Origin: Chiloscyllium plagiosum
Taxonomy: Eukaryota
Direction: 5' to 3'
NCBI RefSeq assembly: GCF_004010195.1
Contig: NC_057750.1
Coordinates: 4,944,352 to 5,008,351, forward strand
DNA length: 64,000 bases
A program made the position numbers and the translations under genes. This document shows positions 63,352 through 64,000 of this stretch, in pieces. The notes below the pieces were generated by a model, which was given only the letters and a program-made list of their open reading frames with translations, searched no databases and was not told the DNA's origin. The first letter of the stretch is position 1, and each line of letters begins with the position of its first letter.

Positions 63352-64000
63352 GTAACGTGCTCCAAAAAAGCAAAATTGCTGGAAATCTGAAAGAACAACA
63401 GAAAATGCTGGAGAAATTCAGCAGGTCTGGTAGCATCTGTGGGGAGAGGGAAAGAGTTAACATTTTGACCTTTCAGAGCTGAAGAAAGTTTGAAGTGTGG
63501 TATGCTTAATATCGTTGATAGTGTTGAGACGGAGAAGAACAAAGGGGGACTTCTGAGTTGGGGTAAAATGTGGGCGAGATTAAATGACTGAAGTAGGAAA
63601 CAATACTAAATGCAATGGGTAAGGTGAAAGAAATAAAATCTGGAGTGTCTAGACTTGTCTAAAGTGAATATGAAATATAAACTGCGCTCTCTGAAAAACA
63701 AGAAAACTCTCCAAAGCAGCTGTGTGTACGATCCACAAAATGCATGGCAGAAATTCACCAAGGCTCCTTTGACAGCACTGTGTAAACCCCTAACCTCTAC
63801 CACCCCAAAGGATAAGGGCAGCCGCCGCATTGGAATGCCCCCACCTGCAAGTTCCCCGTCCAAGATACACACCATCCTGATTTGGAAATACCTTTCTGTT
63901 CCTTCATTATCCTAGAACTGCCTTCCTCATGGGTGCCCCACACCAAGCAGATTGCAGTGGTTCAAAGAAAGCAGGTCACCCCCATCTTCTCAAGGGCAGT

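Overview
Repeat-dense cartilaginous-fish (shark) genomic DNA, inferred from HE1-type V-SINEs and HER1/CR1-type LINEs, with three assembly gaps. The main gene is a minus-strand RIN-family Rab5 GEF (SH2-RH-VPS9-RA), best assigned to RINL by its adjacency to SIRT2. Ten coding exons (50794 to 7217) can be reconstructed with GT-AG boundaries and consistent phases. Unlike mammalian RINL it keeps a C-terminal Ras-association domain, and its SH2 FLVR arginine is replaced by Trp. After an exactly 500-N gap lie an orphan SIRT2 terminal exon and two candidate RINL 5' exons on the opposite (+) strand, which suggests a mis-oriented contig or a local inversion. Many short Penelope-derived insertions carry minimal hammerhead-ribozyme motifs (CUGANGA-A-stem II-GAAA-NUH), often as palindromes with target-site duplications. 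The window also holds a decayed near-full CR1 ORF2, Tc1/pogo-like MITEs, several minisatellites and a possible muscle-type promoter/first exon at the left edge.
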